Shown piece after piece: positions 1-9,810 of a stretch of DNA of 64,000 nt; position 1 is the first letter of the stretch, and each line of letters begins with the position of its first letter. The position numbers and the translations under genes were made by a program. The notes below the pieces were generated by a model, which was not told where the DNA came from, did not search any database, and was given only the letters and a program-made list of their open reading frames with translations. The stretch spans positions 19,966 through 83,965 of the forward strand of contig CAZVDL010000002.1 in NCBI GenBank assembly GCA_964626365.1. The letters run 5' to 3'. This DNA comes from an uncultured Nitrososphaerota archaeon. GTDB taxonomy: Archaea > Thermoproteota > Methanomethylicia > Nezhaarchaeales > B40-G2.

Positions 1-557
1 TTTTGTGAACGTCTTTACCTCGTCGCGGTTTAGATCCTATCTGCGTAGCTCTTGGGTCCTGGGACATGCATAGAGCTTCTCGTAGACGTTAGCGAGCTCG
101 CAACTCTCGTTTTCCTCAGTCTCCTTAAGCAGTACTTCCCTGAACTCTGGGTACGATTGTTTCGCTGCACTATTTTCAGTTTAACTTCAGCGGCTTTTCT
201 TATGTGCCGCTATTGGCTCACCATCAATGTTGGCTGCTCCTTACAACCTCCCTTCTGCAACTTCGTATTCAGCTCTACGCCTAACCCCTAAGCACTAAGT
301 TGTTACGGTAAAGTACCTGAACCCTCTTTGCTACTTTACTTGTGAAGTTGCTATCGTAGGCTTTAACTCCATAGATCATGCTTTTAATTTAACTTAACCT
401 CGATTCTAAACTCAAACTCTGTGGGGCTTATCGATGAGAGGGGAGATATTAAGCTCCTAGTCTCTCTTTTCTTATATTGTCTCCATGGTTACAAAATGAA
501 ACCATAACCTTAATATTATAGTTTCAAAATATATACCTCAACGCGGAGGCTAAGTTT

Positions 558-1112
558 ATGTATGTAAAGAGGATAGTTATAGAGAGAATTATGCCTTGTA
601 TCGCTGATCCTACAAAGATAAGGGTTATTGCTAAAGCTGACCGTGACCTTAAAGATGTACTTCCATATCTAGATAGAATTATACCATCAGCTAATTACTC
701 TGAGGCGGCAAACATTCTAACCTTTAAGAGGGGGTTAAGCCTAGTAACTATGTATGGCGATGGCAGGATCACAATGACTCAAATCTCTAATGAAGAAGAA
801 GCGTTTAAGGTGTTGGAGGAGTTAAAGGAGCTTATTAATAGGACATGGGAGAGGAGGGGCAGCATCGACATTTCAAAGCCTAAAGCCAAGGTTAGGTTGG
901 GGCCTATTGAAATTTACGCTTATCTGCCCAAGCTTAATTGCAAAATGTGCGGTGAACAATCATGTATAGCTTTTGCAGCCAAGCTCTTAATGATGGAGAA
1001 GGGATTAGATGAATGCCCCTACCTCAAGGAGGAGAAGTACAGAAGTTTAAGGGAGACCTTGGAGTCGCTACTTGAATCCGCTGGGTATAAAAGATCGATT
1101 ACGTGGTATTGA
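558..1112 (+). CDS. Small Fe-S protein: ~130-aa N-terminal domain of unknown function plus a C-terminal C-x2-C-x4-C-x16-C cluster-binding module, the motif seen in corrinoid-FeS-protein and RnfB N-termini
   Basis: The ORF has GGAGG 7 nt upstream of the ATG and an AT-rich TATA-like element around 523-534. The motif CKMCGEQSCIAFAAKLLMMEKGLDEC matches the spacing of the FeS domain in CFeSP, RnfB and RACo. The same module recurs in ORF 30685..31164. Confidence 0.5.
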   Translation: MYVKRIVIERIMPCIADPTKIRVIAKADRDLKDVLPYLDRIIPSANYSEAANILTFKRGLSLVTMYGDGRITMTQISNEEEAFKVLEELKELINRTWERRGSIDISKPKAKVRLGPIEIYAYLPKLNCKMCGEQSCIAFAAKLLMMEKGLDECPYLKEEKYRSLRETLESLLESAGYKRSITWY

Positions 1113-1201
1113 CTAAGCCTTGAGCTCGTAGCGTTCTCAAAACAAAATTACATGCGCTAGGTCGGAGGTTAAGCTAGCGGGGAGGCTATTTAGGGACGGT
1201 T

Positions 1202-2290
1202 TCAACCTCCCACCTCCTTTAGCTTCTTGGGTAAGTACTTATCGACTATCGCTGAGAGCCCCTGCGCGCTGAAGCTTTCAAGCTCAGCTTTACGCTGGAG
1301 CTTAAGAAAGGTATCTATTTCACGCTGCCAGAAGCTGTCCCTGTACCTTGGATCCTTCTTGAGCTCTCTGAGCCTCTTAAGGTCCCTTTCATTCATAGGT
1401 AAAGTGGGCAGCTTGCGATACTTTAAGAGGTCGGTGGCCCATAGCCCCAGCCATTTGGCGGTCGGTGTCGTCAACCCCTTAATGTGGGCTGCGTTAGCTG
1501 AGCCGTGTATGATGACGTTAGCTATATGCATTCCCCAAGGGTCCGCGTCGGTTAAAATGTAGACGGGTAATCCTAGCTCCTCGTTAAGCCTCCTAAGCAA
1601 TAACCTAGTAAATCTCGGTGCTTGGCCAGCGCTATCTATCAATATAGCCTTAAACCTCTCGTAGACCCTCTCCTCTATGAACCTCCTGAAGATGGCCCCC
1701 TTCTCTATCACTATCACCATCTCCGCGTTGCACTCTATGAACTCAGCGGTGGCTATGGACATACCTATGTTCTTGCCGTCGGGGTCAGAGAGCAGGTTTA
1801 CTCTTTTACCCGCGTGGCTGGGGGGCACAGTGTACTCTATGGTGAGGTCGCCGAAGATGGAGCTACGCTCTTCCGGTGAAATCTTAAAGTCTTCTCGGGG
1901 CACGCCCAGCACGCTTTCAAGGTCAGTGACTATGTCGTCACTCTCCTTCTGACTCTTAAACCTAAACTCGGGGAAGTTTAAGCTCGTGTAGTATAGGTCT
2001 CTTAGACTACACGACTTACCCTCCTTTATAAGCTGGCTAGCAAACCACCCCACCCATAGTAGCTGGGTGAAGGACTTAACATGTCTTATATTGGCGGCGC
2101 TCCGCTCAACGTGTTCAGAGCCCAACACGTACTGCTTAGACCTCTCGTCGTAGATGATGTTGGAGGTGGAGCGGCTAGGCAGGTATACTTTAGGTAGCCT
2201 TCCCCTAGCCATCTGTCTATATACGTTCATTCCAAGCTCAGACAGCTTCTCGAGAACACTCCTCTTAGCAACCTCATACCTAGTGGACAT
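1202..2290 (-). CDS. top6A: DNA topoisomerase VI subunit A (Spo11/Top6A family)
   Basis: A 362-aa ORF lying directly downstream of Top6B in the same orientation, as an operon. Size and sequence are typical of archaeal Top6A. Confidence 0.8.
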   Translation of the reverse strand: MSTRYEVAKRSVLEKLSELGMNVYRQMARGRLPKVYLPSRSTSNIIYDERSKQYVLGSEHVERSAANIRHVKSFTQLLWVGWFASQLIKEGKSCSLRDLYYTSLNFPEFRFKSQKESDDIVTDLESVLGVPREDFKISPEERSSIFGDLTIEYTVPPSHAGKRVNLLSDPDGKNIGMSIATAEFIECNAEMVIVIEKGAIFRRFIEERVYERFKAILIDSAGQAPRFTRLLLRRLNEELGLPVYILTDADPWGMHIANVIIHGSANAAHIKGLTTPTAKWLGLWATDLLKYRKLPTLPMNERDLKRLRELKKDPRYRDSFWQREIDTFLKLQRKAELESFSAQGLSAIVDKYLPKKLKEVGG

Positions 2291-2365
2291 TATGATACCT
2301 AGACAACCCTAGCTACACGGACTTTTAAGAGCTTTTAACTAGGTGAGGTTGAAGTCTTAGGTTTA

Positions 2366-3937
2366 CTAGGCTGCTGGGGCTCTGGCTTCGCTGGCTAAGG
2401 CCCTCTCTAAGGCCCTCTCGTAGTCAGGCTCGCGCTTCTCGCCGCATAGCTCCGTAGCGAACTTAGCTATATAGGGTAAGTACTTCATTAATGTGGCCCT
2501 CCTCCTCTTAACGCTCTCTTCTCTTCTCTTCTTAGCCAAGTACATCTTTAATTTACGGGCTGCCTCCTTCAACCCCCACTCTATTTCGTATTCCACCTCG
2601 GGCCTGTCAGCTATGTACTCCTTTCCCACGGTCTTGTACGGTATCTTAGTTGAGCACACGTGTACGAAGAAGGCTATGGGCATGGTCTCGGGATTCAACT
2701 TGTACCTCCACCACTTGATCTTCTTTATCACCTTCATCGACACATCGTTGTGCACGTCGTAGAGCAAGGGTATCTTATTGGCATACCTATACAGGTTGAT
2801 CTCGCCTTGGCTGGGGGCGGGGACTCCTCCACCGTAAGCCATGGCTACCTCCACGATGAAGGGGTGGCCGCTATAAGCTGAGGGCTTACGCTGCACAACG
2901 GCCACGAACTCAGGCTTTAACTCCTTCTTAATCCCTATCTCTAGCAGCTCAGGGCCTATGGGCGATAGACATGATGGGTCCGGTGGAAGCCAGCCATCGA
3001 AGTTGTTCATCGCCTTAACCAGCTTAGGTATGAGGTCTTCTCGCTTAAGCAGCTCTTCGATGTCCATTTCTGGGTCGAACTTAGCCTTCTTCAGGAACTT
3101 CAACGCTATCCTCCTACCCACCCTGTGGAAGCTCTCTACGAGGAAGTCTACTAGCTTGCCTCGACCGAACCTTTCTAGCAGCCTCCTTAGGGTCTCTACG
3201 TCTACTCCTTGAGGGTGGGGCAGCACCTCGATAGGTGGCTTAGGCATCTTTTCTGTCTTCCTTCTATAGAAGTATAAAACGCCGTCAGGGTCGATGAAGG
3301 TTAGCTGGCTATAGGGCTCTATGATAGCTACATGCCTCAGGTAGTCCAGGATTTTGCCTCTAGCCCTAGCGTAGTCTCCTTGAAACTTAAGCTTAACTAC
3401 GGTCCCCCTCCACTGGCCGTGGTTCCTCTCCACGACCTCCTCCTTGGTTATAGGTTCGTTCCTCTCTATGTCTACCATGAGTTTGTAGGAGTACCTCTCC
3501 ATGCCTCCCGTGCTCGATATTACGTGAACGGGGGCGTTGGTGGTTATCTGGCCATAGAGCACTGCCATTTTGCCGCCGAGGCCGAAAATACCCCTTGTCT
3601 GGCGTAGCGTGTACTTGGAGCCGAAGAGGACTTGCGCGAAGGCTCTCTTAATGTAGCGCCTAGGGACCCCCCTACCGTTATCCTCCACCTTTATTTCGAG
3701 CGCTCCCCCCTCTACGTGTCTAAGCCTAACGTAGATGTCGGGTAAGAAACCTCCACTTTCACAGGCATCCATACTGTTCTCTACAAGCTCCCTAAAGATC
3801 GTGTAGGTGCTCCTGACAGGGTTGTCAAATCCTGCTATTTCCCTGTTTCTATAGAAGAAGTCGGCAGCTGATATGGCCCTCCACTTCTCCTCTACGACGG
3901 CGGTACCTCTCAAAGACGCTGCACCTATCCTAACCAT
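2366..3937 (-). CDS. top6B: DNA topoisomerase VI subunit B (GHKL ATPase)
   Basis: A 523-aa ORF with a Bergerat ATP-binding fold (ELVENSMDA, DNGRGVP, GLGGKM). Confidence 0.85.
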   Translation of the reverse strand: MVRIGAASLRGTAVVEEKWRAISAADFFYRNREIAGFDNPVRSTYTIFRELVENSMDACESGGFLPDIYVRLRHVEGGALEIKVEDNGRGVPRRYIKRAFAQVLFGSKYTLRQTRGIFGLGGKMAVLYGQITTNAPVHVISSTGGMERYSYKLMVDIERNEPITKEEVVERNHGQWRGTVVKLKFQGDYARARGKILDYLRHVAIIEPYSQLTFIDPDGVLYFYRRKTEKMPKPPIEVLPHPQGVDVETLRRLLERFGRGKLVDFLVESFHRVGRRIALKFLKKAKFDPEMDIEELLKREDLIPKLVKAMNNFDGWLPPDPSCLSPIGPELLEIGIKKELKPEFVAVVQRKPSAYSGHPFIVEVAMAYGGGVPAPSQGEINLYRYANKIPLLYDVHNDVSMKVIKKIKWWRYKLNPETMPIAFFVHVCSTKIPYKTVGKEYIADRPEVEYEIEWGLKEAARKLKMYLAKKRREESVKRRRATLMKYLPYIAKFATELCGEKREPDYERALERALASEARAPAA

Positions 3938-4044
3938 AGTCCCTCGTCAATTGATTAAGCTTTCGATAATCATTACTAAGGCGGGAGTTAACGGCAGCCA
4001 ACTAGTTTTGAAAAGCGTTTAAGGAGCTAAGCCTTCCTCGCAGG

Positions 4045-4629
4045 CTACTCCTCTTGTATGCCGTACATGGCTAGCATCCTCCTCCGCTTAATTTCACGCC
4101 GCTTCGACATTAGAAACCTGTACACCGTACTATGCTGCCTACCTTCAGCTAACATCTCAACAGCTTTCTTCGCGGCCTCTAAAGCCTCGTAGTCTCCTAT
4201 AATAGCGACCTTGTCTCCATAAACCGACACGAGGGCCCCTGTAGCCTCCTCTATGAACTTCCTCGCCTTGCCCTCCTCCCCTATGATCCTCCCCTTGATC
4301 CTCGTTAAGGCCTTGTCTGAGTCCCCTACGTACTCTCTAAGGTCGACTATGGCCAGGGACACGTCGTCATCCATAAGCTTGAACGCTCTCTCAGGGCTAA
4401 AGCCGCTCGCTATTGCCGTAACTACGTCCTTGGCCTTAAAGAGCCTGGAGGGATCTCCACCCTCTCTAAGCTTGACCTCTACCACTCCTCCCTCGCTGTC
4501 GATCCTTAGTTCGACGCCTAGCCTATGCTCAATCTCCTTCTTGACGCTCCCACCTTCACCTATGAGCACGCCTAACCTGTCAGGGGGCACGTGGACGTAG
4601 TCTCTCCATATAAACCTAGGGGAGCTCAA
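4045..4629 (-). CDS. KH-domain RNA-binding protein (Dim2/Pno1-like, two KH domains)
   Basis: It carries a VLIGEGGSVKKEIE KH GXXG-type motif and a second KH motif (IIGEEGKARKFIE). It is divergent from the RIO kinase gene, the usual archaeal ribosome-biogenesis neighbourhood. Confidence 0.6.
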   Translation of the reverse strand: MSSPRFIWRDYVHVPPDRLGVLIGEGGSVKKEIEHRLGVELRIDSEGGVVEVKLREGGDPSRLFKAKDVVTAIASGFSPERAFKLMDDDVSLAIVDLREYVGDSDKALTRIKGRIIGEEGKARKFIEEATGALVSVYGDKVAIIGDYEALEAAKKAVEMLAEGRQHSTVYRFLMSKRREIKRRRMLAMYGIQEE

Positions 4630-4784
4630 GGCCTAGACCTCCAGCTAAGACCACTACGCCAGACCTCGTCCAGCGAGGTTAACGCCCCATGCATTAAAAA
4701 CTTTCTCGGCGATGGTTAACCGACGTCCTATGCCCGACGCCCAGCTTTAAATACTTAAGCCCTCCTCTCTGTGCCGGCGGGAAC

Positions 4785-5561
4785 GTGGTCAAGGAGGAGA
4801 AGAGAATCAAGGACGAGGACCTATTCAAGACCGTGGAGGAGGTATTTGACAAGGCCACCTTGGAGGCCCTCTACTACCTCATCAATAGACACATCATAGA
4901 CGTTATGTACGGCGCGGTGGCCGCGGGGAAGGAATCTAAGCTCTACCTGGCCTTAAACCCTCAAGAGGAGCTCATCGCCGTCAAGATATATCTAACCTCG
5001 AGCAGCGAGTTTAGGAAGGGCATAATTAAGTACATCGACGGCGACCCCCGGTTTAAGCACGTTAAGAGGGACACGAGGTCGTTGATCTATACGTGGGCTC
5101 AGAAGGAGTTCAAGAACTTAGAGAGGGCCTACGAAGCGGGGGTAAGGGTCCCCAAGCCTATAGCCGTGTACAGGAACGTATTGGTCATGGAGTTCATAGG
5201 TGATGAAGCCCCAGCCCCCATATTGAAGGAGGTGGAGCTTAAAGACCCTCGTGGAGCCCTAGAGACCCTAATGATCTACGTCCACCGCTTATATCATAAG
5301 GCTAAGCTGGTCCATGGCGATATAAGCGAGTACAACGTCATGGTTAAGGGCGACGAGCTAGTGCTCTTCGACTTTGGACAGGCTATGTTAACCTCCCACC
5401 CCCTGGCCGTGGAGCTCCTAAGAAGGGACGTAGAGAACTTGTTGACCTACTTCCATAAGCTTGGGGAGCTTAAGTCCAAGCCTAACGTGGAGGAGGCCTT
5501 AAAGGTGGTGCTCAAACCTGAAGAAGAGGCTGTGAGAGGCTACGTTAAGCGTCTACCTTGA
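4785..5561 (+). CDS. rio1: RIO-type serine/threonine protein kinase
   Basis: It has the RIO kinase catalytic loop LVHGDISEYNVMV and the metal-binding FDFGQA motif, at 258 aa. Confidence 0.8.
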   Translation: MVKEEKRIKDEDLFKTVEEVFDKATLEALYYLINRHIIDVMYGAVAAGKESKLYLALNPQEELIAVKIYLTSSSEFRKGIIKYIDGDPRFKHVKRDTRSLIYTWAQKEFKNLERAYEAGVRVPKPIAVYRNVLVMEFIGDEAPAPILKEVELKDPRGALETLMIYVHRLYHKAKLVHGDISEYNVMVKGDELVLFDFGQAMLTSHPLAVELLRRDVENLLTYFHKLGELKSKPNVEEALKVVLKPEEEAVRGYVKRLP

Positions 5562-5858
5562 GGTCTCCAGGAACTTTAGGAGCCCCATCTTCTCTAGTTC
5601 CTTAACCTCGTCCCTCGAGTACCTCCACACCACGTCGGCCTTGCTCTTAGGCTGGAAGTCCCAAGGCGAAACCAACACTATATCACCCTCCCTAAACCAC
5701 ACCTTCTTCTTAAACTTACCAGGGATTCTGGCTATGCGAGTGTAGCCATCAGCGCACTTAACCTCAAGCCTGTCGTAGCCTAAAAGCCTCGTAACCACCC
5801 CTATTACCTCCCACTCTGCTGGTAACCTAAGCTCCTGCTTCTCCTCCTCTTTCACCAA
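5553..5858 (-). CDS. eif1a: Translation initiation factor 1A (aIF-1A), S1/OB fold
   Basis: A 101-aa protein with an OB-fold sequence (GDIVLVSPWDF). Its size and context are typical of aIF-1A. Confidence 0.75.
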   Translation of the reverse strand: MVKEEEKQELRLPAEWEVIGVVTRLLGYDRLEVKCADGYTRIARIPGKFKKKVWFREGDIVLVSPWDFQPKSKADVVWRYSRDEVKELEKMGLLKFLETSR

Positions 5859-5905
5859 GCTTATCCCCTAGGTACCGTAGGGGGCCCTGGCTTAAAAGCC
5901 CCTCG

Positions 5906-6214
5906 TTAGATCTTGATCATCATGGCGTGTGGGATGTTACCGGCTAATTTAATCACCGCATCTTTATGAATTAACCCCCTCTTTATAGCCGCCTTAACTA
6001 TCCTCTCGCCTAGCAGGTTGGCGCTGGTGGCTTCCTCTATTAACCTTAAAGCCTCCTCGATGCTGACCTTAAACCCTCCATAAAACTTCTCTGAGATCTT
6101 TATATCTACTCCTCTATGCTTAAGCTCCATTCCCAGCAGCTCAGCGTCGCATGCAGCTACGAGGACATGTCCCTCATGTCTATGTACCCTTACCCATACC
6201 TCCTCCAACGTCAC
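5906..6214 (-). CDS. Conserved small archaeal protein (DUF424-like), co-oriented with aIF-2beta
   Basis: A 102-aa ORF immediately downstream of aIF-2beta on the same strand. The family assignment is from memory only. Confidence 0.35.
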   Translation of the reverse strand: MTLEEVWVRVHRHEGHVLVAACDAELLGMELKHRGVDIKISEKFYGGFKVSIEEALRLIEEATSANLLGERIVKAAIKRGLIHKDAVIKLAGNIPHAMMIKI

Positions 6215-6217
6215 CGC

Positions 6218-6628
6218 CTAGGCTTTAGCTGGGCTCACGGCGCCGCAAGCTCCACACACTATTAGCGTGATCCTGCCCTCCTTCTTAAGCTCGGTGTCAA
6301 CCTTGCCGCACACGGGGCATAGCACATACATCTTAGTATACCTCTCTATCAGGCTGTCTATCGAAGTCTTGGCGAACTTACCGTGTAATACTGCCCTCTC
6401 CTCCTCGATTACGCCGGCGGTGCCAAGCTCGTGAAGGAGGAAGTGGAAGAGGTGCTTAGGGTCTCGGTTTAAGGTCTCAGCTATATCCTTAAAGTTAGTT
6501 ATTATGGTCCTACTACCCACCACTATGACCTGGCTTTTAGGCATCTCGAACCTATCGTACTTGCTAGTCCTCACGGTTATCTTGGAGAGGGCCCTTTCGA
6601 GTAGCTCCTCGTAGTTATAGTGGCTCAT
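6218..6628 (-). CDS. eif2b: Translation initiation factor 2 subunit beta (aIF-2beta)
   Basis: It has a C-terminal zinc ribbon (CPVCGKVDTEL....CGACG) preceded by an eIF2beta core, at 136 aa. Confidence 0.8.
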   Translation of the reverse strand: MSHYNYEELLERALSKITVRTSKYDRFEMPKSQVIVVGSRTIITNFKDIAETLNRDPKHLFHFLLHELGTAGVIEEERAVLHGKFAKTSIDSLIERYTKMYVLCPVCGKVDTELKKEGRITLIVCGACGAVSPAKA

Positions 6629-6709
6629 CGCAGCCCACAGCTACAGTTAACCTCGCCCTTAATAAAAGTGCTTAGCTAGCCTATAGGCTAGATCCTCGGG
6701 GTGTAGAGC

Positions 6710-8002
6710 TTGGCCTCACTCCTCATTAAGCGCTGCTCAGTTATCTTGACACAGGACGAGCGCCGTAGAGTATTGAAGAGGTCTTCAATATACATCGAGG
6801 ACGGAGTGATAGCGGGCGTAGGTAAAGTGGAGTGCGAAGCTGAGACGGTGATCGACGGGGCTGGCAAGATGGCGCTCCCAGCCTTCATTAATGCTCATAC
6901 TCACGCTGCTATGACCCTACTTAGAGGGTACGCCGACGACCTACCCCTAAAACAATGGCTAGAGCAGAAAATATGGCCACTGGAGAGGAAGTTAACCGAG
7001 TATCATTGCTATTGGGGGGCCCTATTAGCCTGCATAGAGATGGCTAAGGCGGGCTGTAGTTGCTTCCTAGACATGTATTTCTACCCGGAGGCTACCGCTG
7101 AGGCTGCCGTCAAGGTAGGGCTTAAAGCCGTGATCTCCTACGGCATGTTTGACTTCAACGACCCCTCCCTAACGGAGCAGCAGCTTGAGGGGGCTAGACG
7201 TTTCCTCGGTAAGGCCTCAGAGCTGAGGATGAAAGGAGTTGAGCCAGCGCTAGGTCCACATGCCCCCTATACGTGTAGCGACCGGTTACTTATGGAGGCT
7301 GCTGAGCTAGCTAGGAGGAACAGGGTCCTGCTACATATACACCTAGCTGAGACGGTTGAGGAGGTGGATGAGTTTAAGAGGCGTTACGGTAGGACCGAGA
7401 TCGAACATCTTGATAGGCTGGGTGTACTTGGACCAGACGTAGTAGCGGCGCATTGTGTTCACCTATCTAGGAGGGATGTAAGGCTCTTAGCTCGTAGAGG
7501 AGTTAAGGTGGTACATTGCCCTGTAAGCAACTTAAAACTAGGCTCAGGCATAGCACCCGTAACCGAGCTACTTAAAGCCAAGGTTACAGTGGCCCTAGGG
7601 ACTGATGGAGCGGCTAGCAACAATTCACTGAGCATGCTGGGGGCTATCAAGCTAGCAGCGCTTCTACAAAAGGCCTTATACAGAGACCCGTCAGCTATCT
7701 CGGCTCAACAGGTACTCGACATGGCTACACTGGGAGGCGCTCTCTCTCTTAACCTACGCTCAGGTAAGTTGGCTGAAGGTTATCGAGGCGACGTAGTCCT
7801 CCTCGACCTTAACAGGCCTAGCTACACCCCTCTCTTCTCGCCTACATCGCATGTCGTGTACGCCTCCGAAGGGACGGAGGCGTACACGCTGGTGGTCGAC
7901 GGCCGCGTCATAGTTAGTAGGGGTAAGGTGGTGTCAATCGATGAAAGATCGGTTATACGTGAGGCCTCTAGGGCGGCTAGGGACCTAGTGGCCCGCCGTT
8001 AA
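6710..8002 (+). CDS. mtaD: Amidohydrolase of the MTA/SAH deaminase (MtaD/DadD) family
   Basis: It has the metal-binding HxH motif (NAHTHAAMT) and the HIHLAET and GTDGAASNN motifs of the ATZ/TRZ-type deaminase family. It sits adjacent to ahcY. Confidence 0.7.
   Translation: MASLLIKRCSVILTQDERRRVLKRSSIYIEDGVIAGVGKVECEAETVIDGAGKMALPAFINAHTHAAMTLLRGYADDLPLKQWLEQKIWPLERKLTEYHCYWGALLACIEMAKAGCSCFLDMYFYPEATAEAAVKVGLKAVISYGMFDFNDPSLTEQQLEGARRFLGKASELRMKGVEPALGPHAPYTCSDRLLMEAAELARRNRVLLHIHLAETVEEVDEFKRRYGRTEIEHLDRLGVLGPDVVAAHCVHLSRRDVRLLARRGVKVVHCPVSNLKLGSGIAPVTELLKAKVTVALGTDGAASNNSLSMLGAIKLAALLQKALYRDPSAISAQQVLDMATLGGALSLNLRSGKLAEGYRGDVVLLDLNRPSYTPLFSPTSHVVYASEGTEAYTLVVDGRVIVSRGKVVSIDERSVIREASRAARDLVARR
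6888..6985. repeat. 98-bp segment 100 % identical (inverted) to 10879..10976 in the paralogous amidohydrolase gene
   Basis: This is a direct comparison of the sequence with the reverse complement of 10879..10976. Confidence 0.85.
7486..7560. repeat. 75-bp segment 100 % identical (inverted) to 10280..10354; a further 31-bp identical patch at 7417..7447 vs 10394..10424
   Basis: This is a direct sequence comparison. Confidence 0.85.
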
Positions 8003-9258
8003 GTGCCTACTCTCCACTCGGAGAGGTATCTTCGCTGCTCCTCAGTTAACTCGTCGATCTCCACTCCCATGGCCTCTAGCTTAAGCCTCGCCACCATTCT
8101 GTCTATCTCGTCCGGGACCTTGTAGACCTTAGGCTGTAGCCCTTCGCTCTTAGCTATGTACTCAGCGCTTAAAGCCTGGTTGCTGAAGCTCATATCCATG
8201 ACCTCGCTTGGGTGGCCCTCAGCGGCAGCTAAGTTTACTAGCCTGCCCTCAGCGATGAGGTAAAGGCGCCTACCATCCCTTAGCCTATACTCGTCCACGT
8301 AATCCCTAACCCTCCTCTTCTCCGCAGCCAGCCTCTCTAAGTCGGGTATGCAGATCTCAACGTTGAAGTGACCACTATTAGCTAGTATGGCCCCGTCTTT
8401 CATGAGCTTCAGGTGCTCTCCTCTAATCACGTTGATGTCCCCGGTGGCGGTTATGAATATGTCCCCTATCTTAGCGGCCTCCTTCATTGACATCACCCTA
8501 AACCCGTCCATGACCGCCTCGAGCGCCCTTAAAGGATCTACCTCAGTCACCACGACGTTTGCTCCCATCCCCCTAGCCCTCATAGCTATGCCCCTGCCGC
8601 ACCAGCCATAGCCCGCCACGACAACGGTCTTCCCAGCTAAGAGTATATTGGTGGCTCTAAGCAGCCCGTCGATGGTGCTCTGTCCCGTGCCGTAGCGGTT
8701 GTCGAAGAGGTACTTCGTGTAGGCATCGTTGACCGCTATGATCGGGTACCTAAGCTCCCCTGCCTCAGCCATCGCCCTAAGCCTAATGACTCCGGTCGTG
8801 GTCTCTTCAGTGCCTCCCTTAACTCCCTTAGCCCCTGCTTCGTGAACCTTAAAGGTTAAGTCGGCGCCGTCGTCCATAGTTATCTGGGGCTTGGCCTCGA
8901 CAACCCTCATTATGCACTCATAATACTCCTCCACGGTTTCACCTCTCCACGCGTAGACGTGTGCTCCCTCAGCCGCTAAGGCGGCCGCTACCTCGTCTTG
9001 GGTCGATAATGGGTTAGAGCCAGCCAAGTATACCTCTGCGCCTCCGGTCATCAACGTCCTGACGAGCACGGCGGTTTCCTTAGTCACATGTAAACAACAA
9101 CCAAGCCTCCAGCCTTCAAGAGGCCTCTCCTTAGCGAAGCGCTCTCTCACCTTCATCAACACAGGCATGAGCCTTTCAGCCCACTCTATGAGGAGCCTTC
9201 CCTTCTCAGCTAACCCTATGTCCTTAACCTTGTAGCTCAAAGCTAAACCCCTGTACAA
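7999..9258 (-). CDS. ahcY: Adenosylhomocysteinase (S-adenosyl-L-homocysteine hydrolase)
   Basis: It has a Rossmann NAD motif ([12 protein letters not shown]) and the conserved SAHH core, at 419 aa. Confidence 0.9.
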   Translation of the reverse strand: MYRGLALSYKVKDIGLAEKGRLLIEWAERLMPVLMKVRERFAKERPLEGWRLGCCLHVTKETAVLVRTLMTGGAEVYLAGSNPLSTQDEVAAALAAEGAHVYAWRGETVEEYYECIMRVVEAKPQITMDDGADLTFKVHEAGAKGVKGGTEETTTGVIRLRAMAEAGELRYPIIAVNDAYTKYLFDNRYGTGQSTIDGLLRATNILLAGKTVVVAGYGWCGRGIAMRARGMGANVVVTEVDPLRALEAVMDGFRVMSMKEAAKIGDIFITATGDINVIRGEHLKLMKDGAILANSGHFNVEICIPDLERLAAEKRRVRDYVDEYRLRDGRRLYLIAEGRLVNLAAAEGHPSEVMDMSFSNQALSAEYIAKSEGLQPKVYKVPDEIDRMVARLKLEAMGVEIDELTEEQRRYLSEWRVGT

Positions 9259-9302
9259 GGGGGTCTAGGAGGCTAATCAAACTTTCACCTGAGCTTAACT
9301 AC

Positions 9303-9569
9303 TCAAGGGGGTCCGAGATGTTCGAGTAACTCTCTAAGCTTTTTACCCTTAAGGTTAACATCAAGCTTAGCTGATAGCTTGGTAAGGATTAAGTCCTCGA
9401 CCACCTTAGCTAAATCGGCGAATACCTCGCCGAGGCAGAACGCTAAGACGTCTAGCCTTCGTGGCAACTCCTCACGGTTAACATTGAACTTAACCTCGCA
9501 GTAATGATATACAACCTCCTTGACAACCTCGCCGAAGAACTGGAGGCCCTCTTCGATAGCCTCCTTCAC
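9303..9569 (-). CDS. Small conserved hypothetical protein, paralog of ORF 53220..53561
   Basis: It shares the pattern EAIEEgL..FG..VKEVV..YC..K..V.RE.LP..L......CL.E.F with the small protein overlapping the KaiC-like ATPase gene. Confidence 0.4.
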   Translation of the reverse strand: MKEAIEEGLQFFGEVVKEVVYHYCEVKFNVNREELPRRLDVLAFCLGEVFADLAKVVEDLILTKLSAKLDVNLKGKKLRELLEHLGPP

Positions 9570-9810
9570 ACGCTCGGTCTTGCCTTTAAGGGCATCACCT
9601 TTCTATTCACAAAAAATACTCGCTTTAAATATTCATGGACCTGTGACGTGGAGAGGGCGTATTTTAAATCCTTATCGCAACATGTTAAGGACGACCAAAA
9701 GCTATGGATGGCCACCTTAACCGCGGCTATACGTGATAATCGCTCTCATAATGGCTCTCCGTTAAGATCTATGTCCGCCTCTACACGTTAAGGTAGCTTT
9801 CGCGAGGAAA

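Noticed and set aside
52-291. A 79-aa plus-strand ORF at the window edge.
   Set aside because: It has no recognisable motif or promoter. A minus-strand coding-like frame of similar length also crosses the region without a start. I treat it as non-coding leader or edge fragment.
1227-1952. Plus-strand ORFs (111, 85 and 91 aa) antisense to topoisomerase VI A.
   Set aside because: They are fully contained within the well-supported top6A gene on the opposite strand, with low-complexity Ser/Leu-rich translations typical of antisense frames.
6688-6888. A 66-aa minus-strand ORF overlapping the start of the first amidohydrolase gene.
   Set aside because: It overlaps a better-supported gene and has no motif, so it is likely spurious.
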